A stretch of DNA of 64,000 nt from Candidatus Parcubacteria bacterium (GTDB lineage: Bacteria > Patescibacteriota > Saccharimonadia > UBA4664 > JBIOIQ01), in contig OY970378.1 of the NCBI GenBank assembly GCA_963718875.1, forward strand, positions 132,396-196,395, read 5' to 3'. The position numbers were made by a program, and so were the translations under genes. Position 1 is the stretch's first letter, and each line of letters begins with the position of its first letter. The notes beneath the pieces were generated by a model. The model made no database searches and was not told the origin of the DNA. It saw only the letters and a list, made by a program, of their open reading frames with translations. Shown in pieces: positions 20,596 to 30,408 of this stretch.

Positions 20596-20703
20596 GTGCT
20601 GGCGCATTTAATTTTAGTAGGGTTAGTGTTGATAGGTACCGGTGTGACAATCTGGCGTATATGCCAGGTATTTGGCGGCTACAGTGCAGGTGCCAACTGG
20701 TAA
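20596..20703 (+). CDS. 35-aa single-TM peptide MLAHLILVGLVLIG...
   Basis: GGAGG SD next to previous stop, GTG start. Confidence 0.45.
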   Translation: MLAHLILVGLVLIGTGVTIWRICQVFGGYSAGANW

Positions 20704-20843
20704 CAACCTGTACCGGGCAGTTGATTTTGTTAAATCCATGAAAAAGAGGTGGCGGAGGCAAGGACGACCTTCGCCGGTCTTTAAAAAAGAGGCTTGCCTT
20801 AGTTAGTAGCTAGAGCGGGCTTTTTGCTTTTATGAACCAGGTC

Positions 20844-20872
20844 TTGACAGGTAAGGAAGTTATTTATAGGAT
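20844..20872 (+). promoter_or_regulatory. sigma70 promoter of groESL
   Basis: TTGACA-N17-TAGGAT. Confidence 0.75.
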
Positions 20873-20880
20873 GGTAGTAG

Positions 20881-20907
20881 TTAGCACTCGGCAATCGCGA
20901 GTGCTAA
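20881..20907. promoter_or_regulatory. CIRCE element (HrcA operator)
   Basis: Exact TTAGCACTC-N9-GAGTGCTAA upstream of groES. Confidence 0.97.
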
Positions 20908-21014
20908 ATGATAGGTGAAAAGCATAAGAATAAAGAGGTATTGTAGTTCGCCGTAGCACGCAAGCAGAAGTTACGGTAAGGGGGAATCTGCAATATTCTA
21001 ATGGAGGATTAAAT

Positions 21015-21278
21015 ATGAAGCTACAACCATTGGCTGATAGAGTGGTAGCCAAAGCAGTCGAGGCAGAGACTAAAACATCCTCGGGATTTTACTTAACAGA
21101 TAGCGCCAAAGAAAAGCCACAGATGGGTGAAGTTTTGGCCGTTGGTAAAGAAGTTAAGGAAGTCTTGGTAGGTGACAAAATTATTTATACCAAGTATGGC
21201 CCCAATGAAATAAAAGTTGATGGCCAAGATATGTTGTTGCTAAAGGAAGAAGACATATTAGCAGTTGTTAGGGACTAA
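21015..21278 (+). CDS. groES: co-chaperonin GroES
   Basis: LQPLADRV, AKEKPQMGEVLAVG, LKEEDILA. Confidence 0.97.
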   Translation: MKLQPLADRVVAKAVEAETKTSSGFYLTDSAKEKPQMGEVLAVGKEVKEVLVGDKIIYTKYGPNEIKVDGQDMLLLKEEDILAVVRD

Positions 21279-21371
21279 ACCAATTTACATTTTGGCAAGT
21301 TTCAATTTTCATTTGATGCTGCTAGAACTTGGAAATTAAAAATAATACTTAAATGACTGAGAGGAATCTAG

Positions 21372-23051
21372 ATGGCTAAAAAAATATTTTACGATGACGA
21401 AGCGCGTACTCGCGTTTTGGCCGGTGCTAAGGAGCTTTACGACGCTGTAAAAGTTACAATGGGGCCTAAAGGACGAAATGTTGTAATTAGTAAAAGCTAT
21501 GGCGGGCCGACCGTAACTCATGATGGTGTAACTGTTGCGAAAGCTGTCGAAATTGATGAAAACAGCAAGGACGCATCAAGCTTGGGTAAGGGCATTGGGG
21601 CGGAGTTGGTAAAACAAGCAGCCAGCAAAACCAATGATGTGGTTGGAGATGGTACGACCACCGCTACAATCTTGACTTACCAAATTTTGGCTGAGGCAAA
21701 TCGCTTAATTGCGGCCGGGCACAACCCAATGGACTTGAAAAAGGGTCTTGATAAGGCATCTACGGATATTTTGTCGCGAATTAATAGCATGGCCGAAAAA
21801 ATTTCTGGGAACAAAGAAAAGATTGCCCAGGTTGCAACTGTGTCAGCTGGTGATCCGGAAATAGGTGAGTTAATTGCCGACGTTATTGAGGCTGTTGGTG
21901 ATGAGGGTTCGGTGACTGTGGAGCAATCTCAAACCACTGGGCTAGAAAAAGAAGTTGTCGAAGGTTTTAAAATTGACCGTGGTTACGTGAGCCCTTACAT
22001 GGTAACTGACGCGACTCGTATGGAGGCAGCTTACGAAAAACCATTAATCTTAGTAACCGACAAGAAAATTAGCTCCATTCAAGAGATTCTGCCATTACTT
22101 GAAAAGCTTGCTCAAAGCGGCAAAAAAGAACTTATCATAATTGCCGAAGATGTTGATGGTGACGCATTGCCGAATTTGGTGTTAAACCGACTTAAAGGCG
22201 TGTTTAATACCCTGGCTATTAAGGCGCCAAGTTTTGGTGACCGGCGCAAGGCTATTATGGAAGACATTGCAGTGCTAACAGGGGCTACGGTGATTTCCGA
22301 AGACCAAGGTTTGACCTTTGAAAACGCCGGCTTGGAAGTGTTAGGAAGCGCCCGCAAAATTATTGCTACTAAAGACGATACAACTCTCATTGAAGGCTAT
22401 GGAGACGAGGGTGAAATTAAGGCCCGCATTGAGCAAATTAAGGCTCAGGCTGAGAATGCCACTAGCGAATTTGAGAAAGAAAAGTTGGAAGAACGCTTGG
22501 CAGCTCTTGCTGGCAAAGTAGCGGTCATAAAAGTGGGTGGGGCAACTGAAACTGAGATTGAGGAGAAGAAGTTTCGCGTAGATGATGCTGTGGCGGCTAC
22601 TAAAGCGGCTGTGGCTGAAGGTATTGTTCCTGGCGGCGGCGTTACACTTGTGGACTTGTCTAAAACCATAAGCTTAGCCGATGCTCGGGTAACCGATAGT
22701 CACGCGGCCGGAGCGATGATACTGAAACAAGCCTTGCTGGCTCCTTTTCGACAGCTAATGGTGAACTCTGGTCTTAATGCTGAAGAAAAACTTGCTCAGG
22801 TGCTAAAGAGCAATTCGTTGGGGATGGGCTTTAATGTCAATGAAGCTGAGGAGTTGATTAATCTTAAGACCCAAGGGATTGTTGACCCCGCTAAAGTTAC
22901 CCGCGAAGCTATCGTCAATGCTGTTTCGATCGCTGGAACGGCCATGACCATGGGAGCGCTGGTGGTTGATCTCCCCGAAGAGAAGTCGGCCATGGGCGGC
23001 GGTGGTGGCGGGATGGGTGGTATGGGCGGCGGAATGGGCATGGACTACTAG
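21372..23051 (+). CDS. groEL: chaperonin GroEL
   Basis: GPKGRNV, GDGTTTAT, C-terminal GGM repeats. Confidence 0.98.
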   Translation: MAKKIFYDDEARTRVLAGAKELYDAVKVTMGPKGRNVVISKSYGGPTVTHDGVTVAKAVEIDENSKDASSLGKGIGAELVKQAASKTNDVVGDGTTTATILTYQILAEANRLIAAGHNPMDLKKGLDKASTDILSRINSMAEKISGNKEKIAQVATVSAGDPEIGELIADVIEAVGDEGSVTVEQSQTTGLEKEVVEGFKIDRGYVSPYMVTDATRMEAAYEKPLILVTDKKISSIQEILPLLEKLAQSGKKELIIIAEDVDGDALPNLVLNRLKGVFNTLAIKAPSFGDRRKAIMEDIAVLTGATVISEDQGLTFENAGLEVLGSARKIIATKDDTTLIEGYGDEGEIKARIEQIKAQAENATSEFEKEKLEERLAALAGKVAVIKVGGATETEIEEKKFRVDDAVAATKAAVAEGIVPGGGVTLVDLSKTISLADARVTDSHAAGAMILKQALLAPFRQLMVNSGLNAEEKLAQVLKSNSLGMGFNVNEAEELINLKTQGIVDPAKVTREAIVNAVSIAGTAMTMGALVVDLPEEKSAMGGGGGGMGGMGGGMGMDY

Positions 23052-23069
23052 ATTCGGGCCGGTCTTTTG

Positions 23070-23335
23070 GTGCATTACTGCGTTGAGGCTTGCGATGCTC
23101 GCTCAACGTACCATTAAGTACGTCTCGCTGTGCTTCTCGCCTCGCCTAGTACTGCATCCAAAATACCAACCCTTGGGGGATTGGATGACTGTGCGAAGTT
23201 TTGCCGTAGGTTTAGATACGGCTCACTCCGGCCTTCAATATCTCCTTGTACTGCATCAAAGTACACCTTTCTTGAAGCTTGCCGTACCATTTATTGCCTG
23301 AGCCTGTCGAAGGCCCTTCGACTATGCTCAGGGAG
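23070..23335. repeat. cluster of RPE/REP-like palindromic elements (related copy at about 49468-49575)
   Basis: CAACGTAC-N-GTACGTCTC cores, shared ACTGCATC(C/A)AA ends, CCTTCGACTATGCTCAGG motif. Confidence 0.6.
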
Positions 23336-23443
23336 TAATCGCAAAACACAAAAAGAGGCCACTCGTGGCCTCTTTTTGTGTGCTGATCATAAAGTTGTGA
23401 TGGAGGGCCGCCTGAGTGGCGGCCCTCCATGCGTGGGCGTGGT

Positions 23444-23797
23444 CTAGGCGCAGTGATCGCCGCCTTTAGAAATGGGGTCCGAGACTCCGGATTTGACGAG
23501 GATGAACGGCTGGTTGGCTGCCCGAGCCTCAGCTGTTTCTAACCCGCGAGGGCCGGATCGAGTTTTTTCGTACTCGAGACAGTGTTGGCTGGGGGCGAAG
23601 CGGCTTGGACATCTAGTCGGATCCATGACCGCATCGTTGTCGTCGTTGGCAGCGTTCCACTCACCCAGTGTCATGAGTGGCGCGCCACAGGTCGAGCATC
23701 TCTCGAGCATGGCTACCTTGCCACCCCGTCCGAGAATCGCTCGTTGAGCTTCATTCTCCGAGACAACATGTTCGTCTCCCGAGACAGTGTCTGTCAT
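23444..23797 (-). CDS. hypothetical CxxC protein
   Basis: ERCSTCG; SD-like GAAGGG; third gene of GC-rich operon. Confidence 0.55.
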   Translation of the reverse strand: MTDTVSGDEHVVSENEAQRAILGRGGKVAMLERCSTCGAPLMTLGEWNAANDDNDAVMDPTRCPSRFAPSQHCLEYEKTRSGPRGLETAEARAANQPFILVKSGVSDPISKGGDHCA

Positions 23798-23820
23798 GAT
23801 CCCTTCTTCCCGCTGACTGG

Positions 23821-24006
23821 TCAGCTTGGTGGGGGAGCCGATGCTCCCGGTGGTTTGCAGGAGGGGTCGCCGTTGGGCATAACCTTCCTGAGACATCGTG
23901 GCTTACCTGGCTTAGCGGCAAGCATAAAACCGAGACCGCTGTCCGCTACAACGAGTTCTCGGCCGCAGTTTGCACACAACCCTTTGTTGGGTACTTGGGT
24001 AGCCAT
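23821..24006 (-). CDS. small hypothetical CxxC protein
   Basis: GLCANCG...RC...C; AGGAG SD. Confidence 0.55.
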   Translation of the reverse strand: MATQVPNKGLCANCGRELVVADSGLGFMLAAKPGKPRCLRKVMPNGDPSCKPPGASAPPPS

Positions 24007-24013
24007 CACTCTC

Positions 24014-24238
24014 CTAGCTGGCCGGTCCGTATGGCCGGCCGGCGTCGTGGTAGCAGTCGAGGTGGTAGTGCTCGACGCGTTCCCAAACACCGTCGTTATA
24101 GACGTTGCAGATGACCTGCTGGAGCTTGGACTTGGCCCGGAACTTAACCGGGAGCCGGCAGATGGCGCAGGTGGCCGTGTTTCCGGCTTCGATCAGGCGC
24201 GTTACTGCGCGGCTAGTGAAGATTGACTGTACTGCCAT
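24014..24238 (-). CDS. small putative zinc-binding protein
   Basis: CAIC...C...HYHLDC; GGAGG SD. Confidence 0.7.
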   Translation of the reverse strand: MAVQSIFTSRAVTRLIEAGNTATCAICRLPVKFRAKSKLQQVICNVYNDGVWERVEHYHLDCYHDAGRPYGPAS

Positions 24239-24486
24239 GTATCCTCCCGCTCGGACGTTGGGTGAGCCCAGGATACACTAATTTGACAAAAAAACCAAGT
24301 ACATAGGGGCAAGTACGATACCTGTCGTTTCCGTTTCATTGACAAGAAATTGAATAGCTGATAGGGTTCATATCCAGATTGAATTTAGAAGTCATTAGTT
24401 ATGCTTTAGGTTCCTCAGTGACTCCCTGCCATTCAGAAAGGTGATCCGGTTGCAAGGGAGCCACTGAGGCTTCGAAAAACAAACAC

Positions 24487-25086
24487 ATGAAAAGAGGACA
24501 AGTGAGAATCCGATACGCTCTGATGTCTGTTGCTTTGGTTGTTGCGGCTCTTGCCGTCCAGGCGTCTCCGGCTACGGCTGACACGCTCTGTAACGGTGCT
24601 TCTGTCGTCGCTCGCGTGGGGACGGTTGTGGTACCTGCTGGCGCCAAGTGCGTCTTGGGGGCTTCAGACAAGCCGACCTACATCACTGTGGCTCCCGGCG
24701 GCACTCTGGCTATGCAAGGAACCCACGCCACGCAAGTGGTATCGCGGGGTGCGACGACAATCGCCAACTCCATCGTTTCCGGCACTGTGGTACTAAGTGG
24801 TATTTCCAACGAATCCAGTCGCATTTGCGGCACAATCATTGGCGGTTACTTGGTGGTGAGTAACAACTCATCACCTGTGGATGTGGCCCCAACCGAATCG
24901 GACGAGTGTCCGATAAGCAACTTTGTGGCCGGCGGAGTATTCGTGTCGGGTAACCGAGGGCCGACCTTCTTCAATGCCCTGTCGATCTTTGGGCCCATCT
25001 ATTGTTGGGGTAACAATCCAGCGCCGGTAGTGTGGGCTGCAACTACTCTCCCGCCTCACCAGTTCTACTGGCAGTGTGCCCGGTAG
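24487..25086 (+). CDS. secreted beta-rich hypothetical protein
   Basis: Signal peptide ending ASPATA, Gly/Val/Asn-rich with Cys pairs; strong terminator 25106-25154. Confidence 0.7.
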   Translation: MKRGQVRIRYALMSVALVVAALAVQASPATADTLCNGASVVARVGTVVVPAGAKCVLGASDKPTYITVAPGGTLAMQGTHATQVVSRGATTIANSIVSGTVVLSGISNESSRICGTIIGGYLVVSNNSSPVDVAPTESDECPISNFVAGGVFVSGNRGPTFFNALSIFGPIYCWGNNPAPVVWAATTLPPHQFYWQCAR

Positions 25087-25175
25087 CACAACGATTTGAT
25101 TGCTGCCCGCGTGGAGCCTCCCTTTAAACGGTGGCTCCACGCGGGAGTTTTTTTAAAGAGGATTTAACCCGAGGG

Positions 25176-25204
25176 TTGACACTCGAACCTAGTAGGCATA
25201 ATAT
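25176..25204 (+). promoter_or_regulatory. sigma70 promoter
   Basis: TTGACA-N17-TAATAT. Confidence 0.6.
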
Positions 25205-25210
25205 CAAAAT

Positions 25211-25819
25211 ATCAGTTTTGCTTATGCTAAGCTGCGAGGTTAGAAAGTTTTTTAGCCGTTATTAACAGACAAGAGAGCAATTGTGTGGGCGGGTTATGAG
25301 CTTTAGAGAGCAGCTAAGGTTTATAACCCGTCCACAAGAAACATCGGACGCGGTAGCGGCAGGTCTTCTGCCGCCTCGATCGCCTCCAATACCGGCAGCC
25401 GGAGCCAACTTCTCGTCCAGCGTTGTGCGAGAAGTTGGCGTTCGGTTTCCCTAGGAGGCGCCAGTTCCGACCAATAGCGGCGGAGAAAGAAGGAGGAGCG
25501 CTGACACAGATCAGCTCTGCAGCAACGTTACTCCTGGTTGCGGCGCTGTGCCGTAGCCTGGGGAGCCTACAGCTCGCAGATACCCTCCCGGTCGGCTCAC
25601 AAGCTCACTTCGCTATCGATCACCGGCGTCGGAGGTCATGGCGACGAGTCAGACTCCGCACTGGAGTCCCGTCGAGCGACAAGGGTGGGTAATCGCCATC
25701 AACAGCGGTGGCCCGCAGCGCCTGAGCGGGCCGTTAGTCTGCCCCCTCAACGCTCGCGGGCCACCGCACTAGTTCTCTCGAACTCTGTTTCGCCCCCTTT
25801 ATGGGGGCGCTTTGTTTTT
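25211..25819 (+). ncRNA. candidate ~600-nt structured RNA or small-peptide mRNA
   Basis: Promoter upstream, many long hairpins, CGCCCCC/GGGGGCG-T-run terminator, no convincing long ORF. Confidence 0.35.
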
Positions 25820-26109
25820 ATTGGGTACGAAAGCAAAAAGGTTGACAAGAATGTTGGGCATCATTTAATATCAGTGCATCGGTTATTAGTTGTTATGCTA
25901 ATACTGTGAGGCGTGGTTAAGAGCAATTTTGGCCAGCCAAATATTGACAAAGCAATAAGAGCAAAAACACCTGGATTGTGGAAGGGCTCAAGTTTTCATT
26001 TATTGAAGATTTTAGCTCTTCCGCAATGCCCGGCGGGAGCGGTTTCGGTCGCATTTCGATCGGATCAGCTACTAGGGCGGTCACGTCAACCATCAGAAAC
26101 GAGGACAGC

Positions 26110-26262
26110 GTGTTCAAGCGAGTCACCCACAACGAGCCGGCCTTCGAGTTCGACCCCGTGGCGACCTTCTTCGACCCCCACGGCGGCGCCGGCGGGATCA
26201 ACAGGGCCATGGCCGGGATGGCCAACAGCGCGACCAACGCCTTCACCGCGCACTCGGGCTAG
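26110..26262 (+). CDS. 50-aa hypothetical peptide MFKRVTHNEPAF...
   Basis: Very high GC at third codon positions, GAGGA SD before GTG. Confidence 0.55.
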   Translation: MFKRVTHNEPAFEFDPVATFFDPHGGAGGINRAMAGMANSATNAFTAHSG

Positions 26263-26842
26263 CAGCCCCCGGCCAGTGTGCCGCCGCCGACGAGAATACG
26301 GCGGCACACTGGCCTTGAGATCTCAAGATCGCCTGGACGGGCGGCGCCTGAACCGGCTCCGTAGGCGAGAACGGAGCCGGTTCACGGCTTGCCACTCGCT
26401 GCAAAGTGTCGACGTCAACCAAGGAGGTCTATCGGGTAGCGATACCTGACTCCGTTTCAACACCCACCGTCATCTATCGAAGGGAACGCCTCGTGCGGGA
26501 TCCGCCCTAGAAGATGGACCTCGATGGAAGCACCTCGCCGAGGTCGCAGTTACTACAACCTGCTTTGCCGTGAAGGTGAATGCCATGGGGCAGGGAACGT
26601 CCGCGCGAGCAGTGCCACCAGGCCCTCGCGCGGACGTTCTTCACAGCTCTTATTGCCGAGTCCATCGCGGACCTCCTTCGGGAGGTTCTTTTCTTTTTAT
26701 ATGGGGCCTAATGCCGAATGCAAGTTTGGCGCTGGGATCACTAACTGGTAGCATTCCGGCTTAGTTTAAGAGATCCTGAAACAAGTTCAGGATGACACTT
26801 AAAATTTATGAGATAATAAACTTTAAGAAACGGAGCTTTTTT

Positions 26843-27457
26843 ATGTCAGACCCCAACTTTGCATACGTCCCTAAGCATCTGGCCACGCGAACCCACGAAG
26901 ACATGAAAGCGGTTTTAATGAGCCCTGACGCGCAAGGTCCAGCCGTACATTATTACATGATTAGAGGTGGGAGCCAGCAGCGTAATGTAACGGTGTGGGA
27001 GCCGGGTAAGGTAGGGGGTGAATATATCAAAACCTTTGGTCATTACCATGTTGGGCCCTTGGATGAAACTTATGAGATTTTGGAGGGTCAGGGGTTTGTA
27101 CTGCAGGAAAGATTGGAGGTTAACGAGGCGGGAGAAATGGTTGCAGATAGGGTAGCCGAGTTTAAAGTCATTCCCATCAAAGCTGGCGACAGCGTGTTTA
27201 TCCCGGCTGGTTCAGGTCATTTAGCTGTTAATACGGGTGATACCTACATGGTAACGACCGACGACAGCCCGGTTAATTTTGATGATTCTGACCCAAGTGG
27301 ACATCCAGGTCATGCTGATTACTCTCTGGTGAGGCAGACGCGAGGATTTGCCTACTATGTGGTGGAGCGTGATGGCGCGCCTGCCTTAGTAAAGAATCCT
27401 CATTACAGTGTTATTGCAAATGAAGACCTTGGCGGCTTATCGGTGGTAGAAGCTTGA
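26843..27457 (+). CDS. cupin-type glucose-6-phosphate isomerase
   Basis: GGEYIKTFGHYH, ETYEILEGQG, IPAGSGHLAVNTG. Confidence 0.85.
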   Translation: MSDPNFAYVPKHLATRTHEDMKAVLMSPDAQGPAVHYYMIRGGSQQRNVTVWEPGKVGGEYIKTFGHYHVGPLDETYEILEGQGFVLQERLEVNEAGEMVADRVAEFKVIPIKAGDSVFIPAGSGHLAVNTGDTYMVTTDDSPVNFDDSDPSGHPGHADYSLVRQTRGFAYYVVERDGAPALVKNPHYSVIANEDLGGLSVVEA

Positions 27458-28659
27458 GCGGGGGAGCAGAGGATTCGACTCAGTTTAAGCGCCCATATTT
27501 AGTAATACCCAAACTGATTGAGCAACCTACTTGGGGTGGTACTTATATTGCGGAATTCAAGCAATGGGATATAAAACCGTCTTTAGCGGGTTCAAAAATA
27601 GGCCAGTCGTACGAGTTATTTTCTGGGAGTAACCTATCTTTATTGGATTCAAGTAAAGACCCCTTGTTTGAGGGCGAAATTACCGATCGTGATGAGGTGC
27701 AAAACCCTACTAGTCCCGAGAATTCGGTTAGTTTGGCAAGCTTGATCGAGATGTCGGCCAAAGACACTTTGGGGAGCGCTCGAGCAGTGCGCAGCGGCCG
27801 CAAGTTTGATTTGTTGATTAAGTTTACACAGTCATTAGGCAACTCTTTTCAAATTCACATCAAAGATGGGTTGGAAGACCCATGGTGGAAGCCAAAGCCC
27901 GAGTCGTGGTATTACCTGGAGCCCGGGCTGATAACTTTAGGAGTTAAATCGGGGGTTGATTGGGGGGATTATGAGGCGGCAGTGTCGTCTGTGGCCGAAG
28001 CTATGACTGGCTTGGAGCGCCAAATTTCTACTGGAGAGCTAGACTACGACGAGGCGCAAGCTGAAGTTCATAGTTTGCTGGAGCGCTACGATCCTTGGGT
28101 ATATGTTAATACAGTCGAGGTTAAAAAAGATCAGTTGGTGGATCTTTCGGCAGGAGCTCTGCACCATTCTTGGGAAGAAGATTCGGTAAAAATCCCTTTA
28201 GGGAATGTCTTGTATGAATTGCAACTTGAGGCTATGGATGATGTCTCGACTATAAGGGTGTTTGATAAAGGCAAGATGACCAGAGGTGGGTCGCTGCGTA
28301 AGCTTAATATTTCCGATTATTTTCGGCTGATCGATCGAACTCCAGAGGCTAATGATCCTAAGAACCATATGGGGGAACCGACGGATCTAATTAAAACGGC
28401 GGAGTATGGACTATCTAGGTTACTTAGTACCAAATATTACACTTTGAATAAACTATTGCTTTTAACTCCGACGGCCTCTTATAACGAACGGATTGACCAG
28501 TTCCGACATTTGTTTGTGCGCAAAGGCGAAATCCAAGTTTCAACTGAATTGGGGAGTGTCATTGTAAGCCAGGGGCACGCCTGTTTTATCCCAGCTGGAG
28601 CAATGGAATATAGAGTTGAGTGCAAACGCCCAGCTACTGAAGTGCTAATAAGTTACTAG
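27454..28659 (+). CDS. mannose-6-phosphate isomerase type I-like cupin protein
   Basis: PTWGG, IGQSYE, LLIKF, SFQIH, KPESWY, HH. Confidence 0.75.
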   Translation: MSGGAEDSTQFKRPYLVIPKLIEQPTWGGTYIAEFKQWDIKPSLAGSKIGQSYELFSGSNLSLLDSSKDPLFEGEITDRDEVQNPTSPENSVSLASLIEMSAKDTLGSARAVRSGRKFDLLIKFTQSLGNSFQIHIKDGLEDPWWKPKPESWYYLEPGLITLGVKSGVDWGDYEAAVSSVAEAMTGLERQISTGELDYDEAQAEVHSLLERYDPWVYVNTVEVKKDQLVDLSAGALHHSWEEDSVKIPLGNVLYELQLEAMDDVSTIRVFDKGKMTRGGSLRKLNISDYFRLIDRTPEANDPKNHMGEPTDLIKTAEYGLSRLLSTKYYTLNKLLLLTPTASYNERIDQFRHLFVRKGEIQVSTELGSVIVSQGHACFIPAGAMEYRVECKRPATEVLISY

Positions 28660-28729
28660 TAAAAACTTTTTATATCATTACGACTTTAAGTTTTTAAGTT
28701 TACCGTGAATCTTACAAACCTCCCATCAT

Positions 28730-28865
28730 TGTCATTACCTATCCCCGGATCGTGGTCCGGGGCAGGCTCCAGCCAAACTCCACTATTGCCTAGTTTGGTG
28801 CTCCGGATAGGGAATCTAGCCGAGATCCTCCGATCATCCGTCGATTGACGGACGGAGGATGACAA
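28730..28865. repeat. REP-like GTCATCC.../...GGATGAC element; family copies near 1354, 6588, 6820, 32790, 35310, 46260, 50670, 53110
   Basis: Recurrent GTCA(T/C)CC(T/C)G..., GAGATCC(C/T)CG...GGATGAC palindromic motifs. Confidence 0.7.
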
Positions 28866-29103
28866 AAAATTTAAGGGGTTTCAAGATTCACAAATAAGTT
28901 CATACTCGCCGTAGGACTTTTTTGTTCTATACCAAAGTACAAAAAGTTTTTAAGGATTATAATTTATGGTGCCGACGCTTAAGAGATAGATTGATAGTCG
29001 CTCTTAATGCGTTTGGTGTTCCCGCCGGCGGGGAGGAGCGATTTCTCGCTCCTCCCCGCTTGGCGGCTTAGTTTTGTTAACCGTAAACTAAACGTGTGAA
29101 GAG

Positions 29104-29703
29104 TTACTTGGGCTTTTCGGTGAAGTTGAAAGTGGCTTGTTGAACCACCACTCGCTTATCGGCTGGGTAGGAGTTGATGATCCCGATGGTGGAATCGACG
29201 TAGCCTTCCCAGTACTTGGCGAACTTCTTGCCGTTGTTGTCCAAGCAAAGCGTCCAGGTACCCGATGATTGCCCGATGTACACGCCGGTGGGCTCACCCT
29301 GATCGATGCTGAACAGCTCGCGGCTGTTGTCATCGGGGAGATCCACCCACTGCGTTGAACCAGACAGTTGATAGCTGCTGGGGACTGGTGCTCCTGCGGA
29401 GGGGCACCACCAGATGAGGCCAATGCCTTCGAGGTACCCCGCGGTGGTGCTGGTGGCACCGGTGGCGCGGATGGTTTCGACGTCAATGACTGTCTGCCTC
29501 TCCTGGCTCCAGTCGAAGGTAGGAACTTGCTGGCTGTTACTCAGCCGGTTGAAGCCGGTTTGCACAGCCTTCTGCTCCTCCTTGGCGGTTTTGCCGCCTT
29601 TCTCGGATTCCTCGCTGTTGTTGCTGCATGTGCCAGCAAATGTTCCGAAGAACACCACTAGCACGAATGCAATTATGCTGAACTGCTTGCGGTTCATGAG
29701 CAT
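29104..29703 (-). CDS. hypothetical lipoprotein/secreted protein
   Basis: Hydrophobic N-terminus with FAGTC, GC3-rich codons. Confidence 0.75.
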   Translation of the reverse strand: MLMNRKQFSIIAFVLVVFFGTFAGTCSNNSEESEKGGKTAKEEQKAVQTGFNRLSNSQQVPTFDWSQERQTVIDVETIRATGATSTTAGYLEGIGLIWWCPSAGAPVPSSYQLSGSTQWVDLPDDNSRELFSIDQGEPTGVYIGQSSGTWTLCLDNNGKKFAKYWEGYVDSTIGIINSYPADKRVVVQQATFNFTEKPK

Positions 29704-30017
29704 TCCTTAGTTTCGAAGCGGACAATGATGGTGTCGCGGTAGGGCGGCGTCAGCCGGGCGATGAGTTCGCACGTCTGGTCGCGTAACGCGCTACGGGCTG
29801 CGGTGTTGGCGGGGTCAACCAGCTCGTAGTCCTTGATGTTCTGGACAGCTTGGTCACGCCACGCGGTCTGCGTGCCCTTGTTGCGGTTGTCGATGTTGAC
29901 CTGGCGGTCAACATTCTTCTCGGTTACAAACCACCCAAATTGCCAGGCGGCGATGCCGAGAATAGCCATCATGACAAAAGCCACGATGGCTACCAAAATG
30001 CCTTTTGCGGTTTCCAT
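29694..30017 (-). CDS. hypothetical membrane-anchored protein
   Basis: N-terminal TM, GAAAGG SD, overlaps next gene. Confidence 0.75.
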   Translation of the reverse strand: METAKGILVAIVAFVMMAILGIAAWQFGWFVTEKNVDRQVNIDNRNKGTQTAWRDQAVQNIKDYELVDPANTAARSALRDQTCELIARLTPPYRDTIIVRFETKECS

Positions 30018-30294
30018 TTTTACCTTTCTGGAAGTAACTCTTCAAGTTGTGAAGGGACATACGCGGGGACGGCCCGCGTGGCCGCGAGTGGCTTTTTAGG
30101 GCCTCTCGTCGCCGGGGTGAATTCAAGTTCCCCGGCGATAAGAGGTGATAAGTGCAGGTCATCAACGCCTCCGATTTTTACGGATTGGCGGATTTTCGAG
30201 TATAAAAAAACCAGGGTCATTGTTGGGCTTTAGGCTAAGCACCAGACTCTGGGGAAACGTTTTCGATACCGATAGCTATTTAACTGATGAAACC

Positions 30295-30323
30295 ATTATA
30301 GGACACCATTTTTGATTTGTCAA
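30295..30323 (-). promoter_or_regulatory. consensus sigma70 promoter
   Basis: TTGACA-N17-TATAAT on minus strand. Confidence 0.8.
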
Positions 30324-30408
30324 TAGGTAAATCTCGTAATTATAGTTGACTAAGTGAGCCGGAATATATATAGTGTGGCGGCTGTTTCCAACTATCAGGA
30401 GGACAGAA

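Noticed and set aside
22990-23045. GGC/ATG-rich tandem repeat
   Set aside because: Normal GroEL Gly-Gly-Met tail
30283-30300. Third hammerhead at CTGATGA
   Set aside because: No flanking stems or GAAA core; it abuts a promoter
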